Positions 51,709 to 61,175 of a DNA stretch of 64,000 nucleotides are shown piece by piece. Position 1 is the stretch's first letter. Each line of letters opens with the position of its first letter. The translations under genes and the position numbers were made by a program. The DNA is from an uncultured Bacteroidales bacterium (lineage in GTDB: Bacteria > Bacteroidota > Bacteroidia > Bacteroidales > Bacteroidaceae), in contig CACZSQ010000073.1 in the NCBI GenBank assembly GCA_902783885.1, positions 1,439 to 65,438 on the forward strand, read 5' to 3'. The notes under the pieces were generated by a model. The model made no database searches and was not told where the DNA came from. It worked only from the letters and a program-made list of their open reading frames with translations.

Positions 51709-54279
51709 TTAGAAAGGATAACCTACGGCTATGTGGAAGCCGAGGCTGTCCCAGAAGCGCCGCATGTTGTAATATCCCTTGCGCCCCGTGTCGTATGGCG
51801 CATGAATACCCACACCTATATCGAAGCGGAGGACAAGGAAGTCCAGATCATAGCGGAAGCCGAGGCCAGTGCCCAGCGCCAGATCCTCGGCAAAGCGCTT
51901 GGCATCGATAGCACCACCGGGACGAGCCTCATCGGGTTGCATGAGCCATACATTACCCACATCAAGAAAGACGGCTCCATCCAGGCCGCCGACGAGCGGG
52001 AAGCGGTACTCCACGTTGGCCTCCAGCTTGAGGTCGCCCACCTGATCCACATAGCTCCAGCTGGTGTTAGCGGGATGATAGCGTCCAGGGCCTATGGAGC
52101 GTACGGCAAAAGCGCGGATGCTGTTGGCGCCGCCGACATTGAAGAGGTCTGCATAGGGCGCCATGGTGCTGTTTCCATAACTCCAGACAGCTCCTGCAAA
52201 GAGGCGTGTGGCAATCGCCGAACGCGGTGTCAGCTGGAATGTCTCGCGCCACTCTCCCGTAAGCTTGAAGAACTGTGCAAAAGGCACATTGAAGAGCTTC
52301 TTATTGCGTTCTTGGCGTCCCTCACCGGCTAACGAATAAAGCGTGTTCGTGATATTACCTGCTTGCTTGGTGCCCAGGATGATTGTGCGTTGATGCCCGT
52401 CGCGCCAGCGTCGCTGATAGGTGAGCGAATAGGCCATGGACGGCACGAGCTGGTCGCGCATAGAGACGTAAAGAGCCTGATTGGTATTTAGGATTTCGTC
52501 GAAGCGGGCCGAGCGGTGCGCGAGCATCGTGTAGTCGAGGCGGAAAGGTGTCAGCTCATGGCGGAAGCGTCGCGAGCGTCGGTAAGTGTAGGTGACGCGC
52601 GTGCCCATGCTCACCATCTGGAAATAACCGGAACGATTGAGCCAGTTGACATCAAGTTTATAGTTTGTCGTTGCCTCGGCACGGCGGTTGAGCGCATCAG
52701 CCAATCCGAAGAACTGGATGCGAGGATAGGTGAGCGTGGTGGAAGCCCCGAGCTCATAGGAGTTGAGGAGGCTGCGGTCGGACTCTGCTTCGAGCACCGT
52801 AGCGCCAGTCTGCCATTCATAGCTGCCATAAATCTTGAAGTTGACCGTCTCGGCACCACGGAAAGCATTGCGCTTGGTCATGCCGTAGGAAAGACCCGGC
52901 CCGAGGAGTCCGTTGCTCTTGTTGGTCACCTTGGCTTCGAACTCGCTGTCCCAGGGCTTGTCGAGAATGGCAAAGATGTTGACATCGAGCGTGTCGCAGG
53001 TGGCCGAGGTGTCACGCGGCACATAAGTCATCTGCACATTGGAGAAGACGCCCATGCCCGCGAGTTTGTCCTGAATCAATTCATGGAGTCTCTGGCGGTA
53101 GAGCGAGCCGCGCTTGTAGAACAAGTTGTGGCGGATGGCGGCCAGGCGTATGGGCTGGCGCCGTGACTGATGCTTATACGCCCAATAGTAGGTGAAGTCG
53201 TGGTCGGTTAAGCTGTCGTTGACCTCCCGTGCAGCGTAGGGAAACACGGTGACGGTGGTCTTTCCCATATAGAACTGGTTGCGTGCCTGTGCTGGCATGT
53301 CGGCACGCGGTCTCACCTGCAAGTGTACGGTTTGCGGCGTCTGCAACGTATCAGCGCGAAAGGCAATAAACTCGGGACGGAAGAAATAGTAGCCATTGTT
53401 GCGGAAGTGCCCGCTCAAGCGTGTACGCTCGGCGTCGAGATTGATGATGCTGAATCCTTCGCCCGTATGAAGCGTTGTCTCGGGCATTGTCCGGCGGATG
53501 ATGCTGTCGGTGAGCCCTGTGAAATTCTGGTATTCGATGTTTCCGAGCCTGAAGAGGGGGCCGGGGTAGATAGAGTATCCGATAGAAGCCTGCAGCGAGT
53601 CACGCTCGTCGGTGAAGACCTCATAAGCGGCACTGCCATGAAAGAATCCATAGTTGCGCAGCGTCTGCTGTGCCACCTGTGTGCGCAGACGCGGGTTGGC
53701 CATCGTGATGGTGCGTGGCGTGGAGGCGAAGGTGTTGAGCATCCATCGTCCGAACTTGGTATGTGAGTCAGCATAGCGGTTGTGTATTCCGAGACCGATA
53801 CTGAACGGCCACCGCGTGGTGGAGCTTCCGAATATGGCTCCATTGGGGGCGTAGGCCAATGCCGCATCCACCTCCTCGCGCACAGTAGCGGTAGCCTCGC
53901 TAAGCAGTTCTGCCTCGCGCAGGAGCGAGTCGCGCTGGTCGCGTGTAAGCTGTTCGCTATGGCGTATCGTCTCACGAATCTGCTTGGCATCCATCTGTCC
54001 GCTAAAGAGACCGTCCACCATCTTGTAAGCATCAGCCATAGCGGTGATAACACCTGTGGAATCCCTCGCCGTACGCCCTTTCCTGCCCTCGGCACGATGG
54101 CCATAGGCAATCTCACTGATGCCCGTATAGAGTTGCTCTCCCTCACCCAGATGCAGCTGCGAGGAGCACGATGCAAGAAAAAGCGCGAGGAGCAGAATGG
54201 CTGCACGGCCACTCCACCTGAAGGCGGGAAATGAAGACCCTCGAAGGTTCGCTGTTATATGTCTCTTGTTTAAAAACAT
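51709..54279 (-). CDS. BamA/TamA family outer membrane protein
   Basis: 856 aa from MFLNKRHI (ATG at 54279). Lipoprotein-like LFLASCSS, then POTRA-like repeats and a surface-antigen barrel ending IAVGYPF. It starts 2 nt after the TamB-like gene. Confidence 0.7.
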   Translation of the reverse strand: MFLNKRHITANLRGSSFPAFRWSGRAAILLLALFLASCSSQLHLGEGEQLYTGISEIAYGHRAEGRKGRTARDSTGVITAMADAYKMVDGLFSGQMDAKQIRETIRHSEQLTRDQRDSLLREAELLSEATATVREEVDAALAYAPNGAIFGSSTTRWPFSIGLGIHNRYADSHTKFGRWMLNTFASTPRTITMANPRLRTQVAQQTLRNYGFFHGSAAYEVFTDERDSLQASIGYSIYPGPLFRLGNIEYQNFTGLTDSIIRRTMPETTLHTGEGFSIINLDAERTRLSGHFRNNGYYFFRPEFIAFRADTLQTPQTVHLQVRPRADMPAQARNQFYMGKTTVTVFPYAAREVNDSLTDHDFTYYWAYKHQSRRQPIRLAAIRHNLFYKRGSLYRQRLHELIQDKLAGMGVFSNVQMTYVPRDTSATCDTLDVNIFAILDKPWDSEFEAKVTNKSNGLLGPGLSYGMTKRNAFRGAETVNFKIYGSYEWQTGATVLEAESDRSLLNSYELGASTTLTYPRIQFFGLADALNRRAEATTNYKLDVNWLNRSGYFQMVSMGTRVTYTYRRSRRFRHELTPFRLDYTMLAHRSARFDEILNTNQALYVSMRDQLVPSMAYSLTYQRRWRDGHQRTIILGTKQAGNITNTLYSLAGEGRQERNKKLFNVPFAQFFKLTGEWRETFQLTPRSAIATRLFAGAVWSYGNSTMAPYADLFNVGGANSIRAFAVRSIGPGRYHPANTSWSYVDQVGDLKLEANVEYRFPLVGGLDGAVFLDVGNVWLMQPDEARPGGAIDAKRFAEDLALGTGLGFRYDLDFLVLRFDIGVGIHAPYDTGRKGYYNMRRFWDSLGFHIAVGYPF

Positions 54280-54280
54280 A

Positions 54281-57200
54281 TCATTTCTTCTTTCTAAAGA
54301 GGAACAAGTCACCGACGCGCTCGGTCTTGCGACGAAGCACCAAGCCGGCGCCCATCTCCGTGATTTCGCCGTCGAGGAGGCTCTCGTAGTTCTTGTCGTA
54401 GAACACGTTGACATAGCGGCTGCCGCCCTGATCGAGGCGGTACTCGATGCTGATATTGTCAATCATGCTCTGCCCCGTGTTGGTGGCATTCTCGCCGGTG
54501 CTGACCTTTCCGCCCACGATGACGCTGATGCGGTTGCCCCAGAAGCGCTTGGCAAATCGGAAGCTGTAGTCAGTGGTGGTGGCGCCCGTGGCCGCATTGG
54601 TTCCCTGTTCTACGCCCATACTGATATCGACGCTCTTGAGCGCTTTGTTGGTGATGTTCGAAATCTGACTCTGGAGGAACGAGTTGAGGGCGTTCTGCCC
54701 TGTGACGCCGCCTCCTGTCAGCGAACCGGCATCGTTGATGTACATACCCGTGGCCAGCATCGTCACAGCCAGACGCCCACGCTGCTCAGGGCTCATGGTG
54801 CTCAGTTCATTCTGTATGTAGGAGTCTTCGGGCGCTTCCAGGGTAAACTCGAGCCCGAGGTCCTGCAGAGTGCGTGTGATGTTCATACCCACGTCGAAGT
54901 TGACGCTTCGCGGCTGCTCGTTCTCGGTGATGGTAGTGCGCACACGCTCACTGGCCGACAAGTTGAGCGACGGGTTCATCAGCGGTCCCCGGAACTCCAC
55001 GTAGCTGCCACTCTTGATAACGAACTCCTTGAGGGGGATAACCATCATGGTGTACTTCATCATACCTCGGTTGATGGTGTAGCGTCCGTTCAGCTGCAGG
55101 TCTTTATCCGGCGAATATGTCATCAACAGGTCTCCGCCGCCCTCTACATCCACATAGCTGGAGCCATCGGGGCTCAGGAGGCAGTGCGCCACAGCCGCAT
55201 CGGCAATATTGACGCTCATGGAGATGTTCAGGTGCTGCGGATTTGCGGTAGCAGCGGGGGCCACATAGAGCGTGTCGGTGAAATCCACGAACTCCACGAG
55301 CTCCGAGAGGTGGTCGGTAGTAGTGAGCGGTGAATCGGTGAGCAGATAGGTGACATCTGTGCTGCCCAGTACGCCGAGCTTACCCTTGATGTTCAAGTCG
55401 TCAAGTGTGCCCCGGAGCATGGCACTGAAATCCACAAACACCTTACCATAGGCAATGGCTTTTGGTGACTTGGGGGCATTGATGAGTTCGAAGTTATGTG
55501 CCGCCATCGTGGTGTTGACGGTGATGCGCTCGGTGTCGGAAAAGTTGATGGTGCCGTCCATCGTGAAAGGCGTAGCGCCTGTGGAATAGATGTTGATGCG
55601 GTCGAGGTTGAGTTGGCTATTACGGATGGTGATGGTGTCATCCTCTACCCTCAGATTGAGACTGTACGGGTCGGAGAGGATCTTCAAGCCAGAAGTGGTC
55701 AGGAGTCCGTCAACCGAGGGCTTGGACGTGCTCCCGCCCACGTGAATATTGCCGATGGCCACGCCTTCGAGACGCGCCATGTTGTCGGGGATGAAGCCGT
55801 TGGCCAGCGCAAAGGGCAATCGGTTCAGTTCTGCATCCACGTCGATGACGCCATCGGTTTCGTTGGGCGTGTAGGAACCGCGGAAGGCCGCCACGGGAAC
55901 GCCCATCTGCAACAGGTTTCCATCGATGAAATGGGTCCCGTCGGCATTGGGGAGATAGACGGCCTCAAGGCCCACGGGTCCGAGCGTTGCCTGCTCATAG
56001 CGCAGGTTATCGATGCTGAGGTCTGTGGAGACGCTTATGGCTTCGCCCTTCTGGATGAGGTGGGCATCACCCTCGAGGAAGCCACCTAAACGCGGCATAT
56101 AAGGTACTACGCTCGACAACTCTCCCAAGTTGAAATGGGAGATGGCCACGGAGAGGTCTTGCAGCGCCTCGCTGTTGGGCGAAGAGTAGATCTTCAATCC
56201 CGTGCCGTCGTCGGCCACGAGATTGATATCTGCGTCAATGCGGTTGCCTTTGGTGAGCATGATATAGTTGTCGGCATTGAGCCGGAAACTGCGGTAGGCA
56301 AGCATGGGAGAGAGCGGTGTCAGGTGGAGCCGCAAGGTGTCGTTGGCCACACGTCCTTGCAAGCCCATGTCAACGCCCTTGCGCCCCTTGTCGTCGAAAT
56401 AGACAAGGTTGGCACTGGCAACGCCATCGCGGTCAATGCTGGCATTGAGGCGGCTGTCAAAGGTGAAATGTGGGTTACGCCGCCCGTTGTGGACGCGTGC
56501 ATCCATTCTCACACTGGTGGAATCCTGATAGAGATGAGCCTGAATCGTGTCGAGTTGCATCCCCGGCAGGGCAAACTTGTAGATATGTCCTCCTCCATTG
56601 ATGCCGATGAGCGGGTCGAGATTGATGCCCATGCGAATGTCCTCAAAGCCGTAGCCCATAGCCGAGAGGAAGTCGTGGACGATGTTCTGTTCGCCCATCT
56701 GCAGGCGCATATCAATCTGCGGCAGGCGCTTCGTCAGTGCCTCCTCATCGAAGCGGCGCTCCTCCATCTGCCGGTTGAGTTCATCCATGAAGTGGCCCAG
56801 CTGTCCGGCCAGGCGGTCGTAGCCGGTGTGCCCTCTCAGGCGCAGGCTCATATCTCCGCTGTTCAATGTGGCATAAGTGGTGTCAGAGGCCAGATAGGCT
56901 TCCAGCCCCACGTCCTCCGGTCGGAAGACGGAGTCCTGATGCATCAGCACGATATCGTTGATGAATCCCTCGATGCGGTGGCGGTCTTTCAGGTTAGTAC
57001 TTCCGTCCATGTGCAGGCACATGGATGCTTTGACGGGCTGTTCCACCAATCCAAGCGCCTGCAGGTCGGCACGTGAGAGGTCGAGGCCAAAGGTGAGGTG
57101 GCAGAGTGCATCGCGGAAACTGTTGGTAAGCATAGTACTCACGTCGGCCTGAGCTATCAGAATCGGATTGTCGATGCTCAGGCGTGCCGTTCCCTTGCCG

Positions 57201-58771
57201 TCGCGCAGCAGCGCCTGCATGGCCGTCCCATGGAGTTGGAGACTGTCATAGGTGAGTTCCTGCACGAGCGCCTCTGCCTCCAGACGTGTGGCACGGCTGA
57301 AGAAATCAGTTCCTACGCCGCGTGCCGAAGCGGTGGCGGAAAGCGGACCCAGCGGCAAACCGGGCATGAAATGTGTCAGTTGCAGGCGCTGCAGTTGCAG
57401 GCGTGCATCGTAGGTCATGGGGTCACTGATGTCCAGCTGAACGTCGAGGTTGGCGATTCCCCTGTCCTCGCGCAGATGACTCTGGGTAGCTATGCGTGAG
57501 CCGTGAACCGTAGCCTTACCGCCCAACTGCATCGGCGGCAACAGGATTCCGTCCAGGGCTCCATCGGCCATGCCGCGCACCCATGCGATATCCCGTGTCT
57601 GAATATTATATAGGATGTCACCGCCACGGGCCAGCGAATCCATCAGCTGTTCCAAAGAGCCGCGCGCGTCAGCATGAATGCTGCCAGGCAGGTTCGCCTC
57701 GGCCTGGGTAAGGATCAGATGATCTACATTCCCTGCCAACGCCACGCTGACGTGCAGCAACCGGTCGGGATAGGCCTTAGCGAATGAGGCGGGTAGCATA
57801 TCTCCCGCTGCACGCAGAAGGTCGGCCTTGGCCAGTGTTGTCCGCAAGCTAACATCCAATCCCCCACCCTGTCCGGCTTCCAGCGCACGGAAATCGATGT
57901 CGGCGGCAGCGTTTACCTTGGAGCCGGGCAGCGTGAGCGCCATCGACGGCAGTGCCAAGTGGGCCCTTTCGCCGTCGAAAGCGATGTTCTTGGCCGTGAG
58001 TAGCAGCGAGTCTGCGCGCATGGGCAAAGCGTCCCGCACGGCATCGCCTGCCATCCACAGCGCAGCACGCTCTGCCTGCAAACGTGCCTCGCCAACCTGA
58101 TAAAGCTGACTCCCAAGGTCCAGCTGTATGTCTTGCGCTGAAAAATGCTCCACCGCCGCGCGCGCCACCATGGCCGAGTCGCCAGGCATGGCAAATCGTA
58201 TGCGAGCATCCTCGATGTGTGCTTCAGCAAGTCCAATCACCCACTCCAAGGGTGCGCTCTCGGTGGTGTCCACTACGGTCGTGTCGCGCATCTCAATGTC
58301 TATGTTCAGCCCTCTGGCAAGCAGATGATCCATGTTCACCTTCTGGTCAGCAAGTTCAACGTCGTCCTTGAGTGTAAGCAAGTCGAGGCGCCCGCGGATG
58401 CCTGCAACGGCTATCATGTCCTTGGTGTCGAGAGCTACGTCATGGAGGCTCAGCTCTTCCACGTTGATGCTGCCGTTTAAGATGCGCGTGAACGCCAGAT
58501 CCACGACAGCCTGGCGCGCTGCCACTACCGTGTCCCCATCGGTGTCGAGCACCATGAAGTCCTGCAGGCGCAGGTCCGCAATCGGCTGGAGACGCAGTCG
58601 CCCGATGCGTATGTCCAGGCCAGTGATCTCAGAGGCATAAGCCGTAGCCTTCCGCACTGCGAAGTCCTGTACGGGGGGGATATATAGAAGTATTGCGACC
58701 AGGAGCAGCAGCCCGAAGGGGATTGCCACCGCTATACCTGCCCACATGAGGAAACGTTTCATTAGTTTCAT
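54281..58771 (-). CDS. Translocation and assembly module TamB-like protein
   Basis: ~1496 aa. N-terminal TM anchor MKLMKRFLMWAGIAVAIPFGLLLLVAILLYIPP, a long beta-rich body and a DUF490-like C-terminus. Paired with the TamA-like gene. Confidence 0.75.
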   Translation of the reverse strand: MKLMKRFLMWAGIAVAIPFGLLLLVAILLYIPPVQDFAVRKATAYASEITGLDIRIGRLRLQPIADLRLQDFMVLDTDGDTVVAARQAVVDLAFTRILNGSINVEELSLHDVALDTKDMIAVAGIRGRLDLLTLKDDVELADQKVNMDHLLARGLNIDIEMRDTTVVDTTESAPLEWVIGLAEAHIEDARIRFAMPGDSAMVARAAVEHFSAQDIQLDLGSQLYQVGEARLQAERAALWMAGDAVRDALPMRADSLLLTAKNIAFDGERAHLALPSMALTLPGSKVNAAADIDFRALEAGQGGGLDVSLRTTLAKADLLRAAGDMLPASFAKAYPDRLLHVSVALAGNVDHLILTQAEANLPGSIHADARGSLEQLMDSLARGGDILYNIQTRDIAWVRGMADGALDGILLPPMQLGGKATVHGSRIATQSHLREDRGIANLDVQLDISDPMTYDARLQLQRLQLTHFMPGLPLGPLSATASARGVGTDFFSRATRLEAEALVQELTYDSLQLHGTAMQALLRDGKGTARLSIDNPILIAQADVSTMLTNSFRDALCHLTFGLDLSRADLQALGLVEQPVKASMCLHMDGSTNLKDRHRIEGFINDIVLMHQDSVFRPEDVGLEAYLASDTTYATLNSGDMSLRLRGHTGYDRLAGQLGHFMDELNRQMEERRFDEEALTKRLPQIDMRLQMGEQNIVHDFLSAMGYGFEDIRMGINLDPLIGINGGGHIYKFALPGMQLDTIQAHLYQDSTSVRMDARVHNGRRNPHFTFDSRLNASIDRDGVASANLVYFDDKGRKGVDMGLQGRVANDTLRLHLTPLSPMLAYRSFRLNADNYIMLTKGNRIDADINLVADDGTGLKIYSSPNSEALQDLSVAISHFNLGELSSVVPYMPRLGGFLEGDAHLIQKGEAISVSTDLSIDNLRYEQATLGPVGLEAVYLPNADGTHFIDGNLLQMGVPVAAFRGSYTPNETDGVIDVDAELNRLPFALANGFIPDNMARLEGVAIGNIHVGGSTSKPSVDGLLTTSGLKILSDPYSLNLRVEDDTITIRNSQLNLDRINIYSTGATPFTMDGTINFSDTERITVNTTMAAHNFELINAPKSPKAIAYGKVFVDFSAMLRGTLDDLNIKGKLGVLGSTDVTYLLTDSPLTTTDHLSELVEFVDFTDTLYVAPAATANPQHLNISMSVNIADAAVAHCLLSPDGSSYVDVEGGGDLLMTYSPDKDLQLNGRYTINRGMMKYTMMVIPLKEFVIKSGSYVEFRGPLMNPSLNLSASERVRTTITENEQPRSVNFDVGMNITRTLQDLGLEFTLEAPEDSYIQNELSTMSPEQRGRLAVTMLATGMYINDAGSLTGGGVTGQNALNSFLQSQISNITNKALKSVDISMGVEQGTNAATGATTTDYSFRFAKRFWGNRISVIVGGKVSTGENATNTGQSMIDNISIEYRLDQGGSRYVNVFYDKNYESLLDGEITEMGAGLVLRRKTERVGDLFLFRKKK

Positions 58772-58786
58772 ACTACTTTTCGAGTG

Positions 58787-58794
58787 CAAAAGTA
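58787..58794 (-). promoter_or_regulatory. -7 promoter motif (TActTTTG on minus strand)
   Basis: Plus-strand caaaagta, 16 nt upstream of the ATG at 58771. Confidence 0.4.
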
Positions 58795-58837
58795 GTGATT
58801 TTTTTTAGCTTATGTGAAAAAAGTGTGAGTTTTTACA

Positions 58838-58845
58838 TACCTTTG
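58838..58845 (+). promoter_or_regulatory. -7 promoter motif TAccTTTG
   Basis: 20 nt upstream of the ATG at 58865. Confidence 0.45.
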
Positions 58846-58864
58846 TCGCAAAATCGTGTTTTCT

Positions 58865-60604
58865 ATGGTTCAAGACATACAATTACGCGTGCTGCCGCGT
58901 GTTGCAGCCACCGATGCCAGCATTCGTGAGCTGGTGCTTCAGGAACTGGGATCTGGTGCACAAGAGTTACGTGACCTACGGGTGATTCGCCGCAGCATCG
59001 ATGCGCGCCAGCGACAGGTGATGGTGAATCTCACGGTGCGTGCGTGGCTGAACGAGGAGCCCACGGCAGCATTCCCACAGGTGGAGTACCGCGATGTTTC
59101 AGGGTGTCCGCAGGTGATTGTCGTGGGCGCGGGCCCAGGTGGCCTGTTCGCAGCACTGCGCTTGATAGAACTAGGGTTGCGCCCCATCGTCGTTGAACGC
59201 GGCAAGGATGTTCACGCGCGCAAACTCGATTTGGCACGAATTGCCCGCGAGCACAGTGTCAACCCCGAAAGCAACTACAGCTTCGGCGAAGGCGGCGCAG
59301 GAGCCTACTCCGACGGCAAGCTCTACACGCGCTCCAAGAAACGTGGCTCAGTGGAGAAGATCCTGAACGTGTTCTGCCAGCATGGGGCCTCCACCAACAT
59401 CCTCATTGATGCCCACCCCCACATCGGCACCGACCGCCTGCCGCGCGTCATCGAGAACATACGCAACACCATTCTCCGCTGCGGCGGCGAAGTGCATTTC
59501 CAGACCCGCATGACCCGTCTCATCATCGAGGGTAACCGCGTCATCGGCATCGAGGCACAAAGTTCTTTGACCGGCGAAGGACTCTCCGCTCGGCCCAACG
59601 GGACGCTTGACCCTTCAAGAACTATTAACTCTCCGCTCGGCGCTTGCGACGCTTTGCTCTGCGAAGAACTATTAACCTTCACTGGCCCCGTCATCCTCGC
59701 CACAGGCCATTCCGCTCGCGATGTCTATCGCCTGCTGGCCAACAGCGGCATCGAGATTGAAGCCAAAGGCATCGCCGTGGGCGTGCGCCTAGAGCATCCT
59801 GCACAGCTCATCGACCAGATACAGTATCACAGCCGCGAAGGTCGCGGACGCTGGCTTCCGGCAGCGGAATATGCCTATGTACAGCAGTGCGGCGGGCGTG
59901 GTGTCTATAGTTTCTGCATGTGTCCGGGCGGCTTCGTGGTTCCTGCGGCCACAGGTCCCGAGCAGGTCGTCGTCAACGGCATGAGCCCCAGTAACCGAGG
60001 CGGGCGCTGGAGCAACTCTGGCATGGTCGTGGAGATACGCCCCGAGGACCTCATGGAAATAGACAATGGGCAATGGGCCATGGATCATGGAGAGAATCAT
60101 TGTCAGCCATCAGTTGACAATCCTCAATTACAAATGCTCCTCTTTCAGGAACATCTCGAGCATCTCGCCTGGCAGCAGGGCGGGCGCCGGCAGACAGCCC
60201 CCGCACAGCGCATGGCTGACTTCGTGAACGGAAGACTGAGCGCCGACCTGCCCGCGAGCAGCTATGCCCCTGGCCTCGTGGCCTCACCCCTCCACTTTTG
60301 GATGCCCCGCTTCATCAGCGAGCGCCTGCAAGAAGGCTTCCGTGCCTTCGGGCGCAAGAGCCATGGTTTCCTCACCAACGAGGCCACCCTCATCGGTGTG
60401 GAGACGCGCACCTCTTCGCCCGTGAGAATCCTGCGAGATGCTGACACCCTGCACCACATCCGCCTCGAAGGCCTCTACCCCTGCGGCGAGGGAGCCGGCT
60501 ATGCCGGCGGTATCGTCAGTGCCGCGATCGACGGGGAACGCTGTGCCGATGCCGTGGCTCAATCATACCGCCTACAAACATTCGGCATTGTACAGAGATC
60601 CTAG
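58865..60604 (+). CDS. NAD(P)/FAD-dependent oxidoreductase (COG2509-like)
   Basis: VIVVGAGPGGLFAALRL dinucleotide-binding motif, FGEGGAGAYSDGKLYTRSKKRG, ILATGHSARD, GEGAGYAGGIVSAA. Confidence 0.7.
   Translation: MVQDIQLRVLPRVAATDASIRELVLQELGSGAQELRDLRVIRRSIDARQRQVMVNLTVRAWLNEEPTAAFPQVEYRDVSGCPQVIVVGAGPGGLFAALRLIELGLRPIVVERGKDVHARKLDLARIAREHSVNPESNYSFGEGGAGAYSDGKLYTRSKKRGSVEKILNVFCQHGASTNILIDAHPHIGTDRLPRVIENIRNTILRCGGEVHFQTRMTRLIIEGNRVIGIEAQSSLTGEGLSARPNGTLDPSRTINSPLGACDALLCEELLTFTGPVILATGHSARDVYRLLANSGIEIEAKGIAVGVRLEHPAQLIDQIQYHSREGRGRWLPAAEYAYVQQCGGRGVYSFCMCPGGFVVPAATGPEQVVVNGMSPSNRGGRWSNSGMVVEIRPEDLMEIDNGQWAMDHGENHCQPSVDNPQLQMLLFQEHLEHLAWQQGGRRQTAPAQRMADFVNGRLSADLPASSYAPGLVASPLHFWMPRFISERLQEGFRAFGRKSHGFLTNEATLIGVETRTSSPVRILRDADTLHHIRLEGLYPCGEGAGYAGGIVSAAIDGERCADAVAQSYRLQTFGIVQRS
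59561..59677 (+). repeat. Repeat-derived segment in frame inside the oxidoreductase ORF
   Basis: It contains cgctcggcccaacgggacgcttgacccttcaagaa (59587-59621), about 30/35 identical to the intergenic copies at 10974 and 11187. It also has a 13-bp perfect direct repeat, aagaactattaac, at 59617-59629 and 59664-59676. It encodes about SSLTGEGLSARPNGTLDPSRTINSPLGACDALLCEELL. Confidence 0.65.
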
Positions 60605-60627
60605 TCAGGACAAGTGATTACGAGAAA

Positions 60628-61080
60628 TTAGAGGTCCTGCTTGTCGATATCTATCTTGCGGAGATAGAACTTCACTTTGGCACACAACTCGTCGAAGTGG
60701 CGCTCCATCTCCATCACCGTGCGCTGCTGTGCGTAGTAGGCCTGGTTCGTTTGCCCGTTCTCGCGAGGAAGCATCTGCTTGAAGTCGGCGCGGGCGGCAT
60801 CAAGCATCTGTTCATAGTGCGCTACGCTGTCGCGGGTGGCCAGAAGCTCCACGCTGTCGAGCGTCAGAATGGCTGCGCGGCGCGTCTGTAGCGCTGTGGG
60901 ATGTTGTTTGCGCAAGTCGAGGATAGTGGCACGCGCGCTGTCATAGTTCTTTTCGGAGAGCTGTTGACGGGCATCGGCGAGCATCTGCTGGGCGGCCACC
61001 TCTGCAACATTGGAGGCAGGTTTGCAGGCGAAGATAGCCAGCGTGGCCATGGCGAGACCTATGGTGTGACGGATTTTCAT
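60628..61080 (-). CDS. Hypothetical helical lipoprotein
   Basis: MKIRHTIGLAMATLAIFACKP lipobox (ATG at 61080). 150 aa. Confidence 0.5.
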   Translation of the reverse strand: MKIRHTIGLAMATLAIFACKPASNVAEVAAQQMLADARQQLSEKNYDSARATILDLRKQHPTALQTRRAAILTLDSVELLATRDSVAHYEQMLDAARADFKQMLPRENGQTNQAYYAQQRTVMEMERHFDELCAKVKFYLRKIDIDKQDL

Positions 61081-61088
61081 TTCGGACA

Positions 61089-61096
61089 CAAATGTA
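61089..61096 (-). promoter_or_regulatory. -7 promoter motif (TAcaTTTG on minus strand), 9 nt before the ATG
   Basis: Plus-strand caaatgta. Would give a leaderless or very short-leader mRNA. Confidence 0.3.
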
Positions 61097-61175
61097 GCCG
61101 ATTCTTCTGAGACCGCAGATGGGCGACCGCATCTTTTATCCTCGTTTAACGTTGAAGGCAACGCTTTAACGTTTT

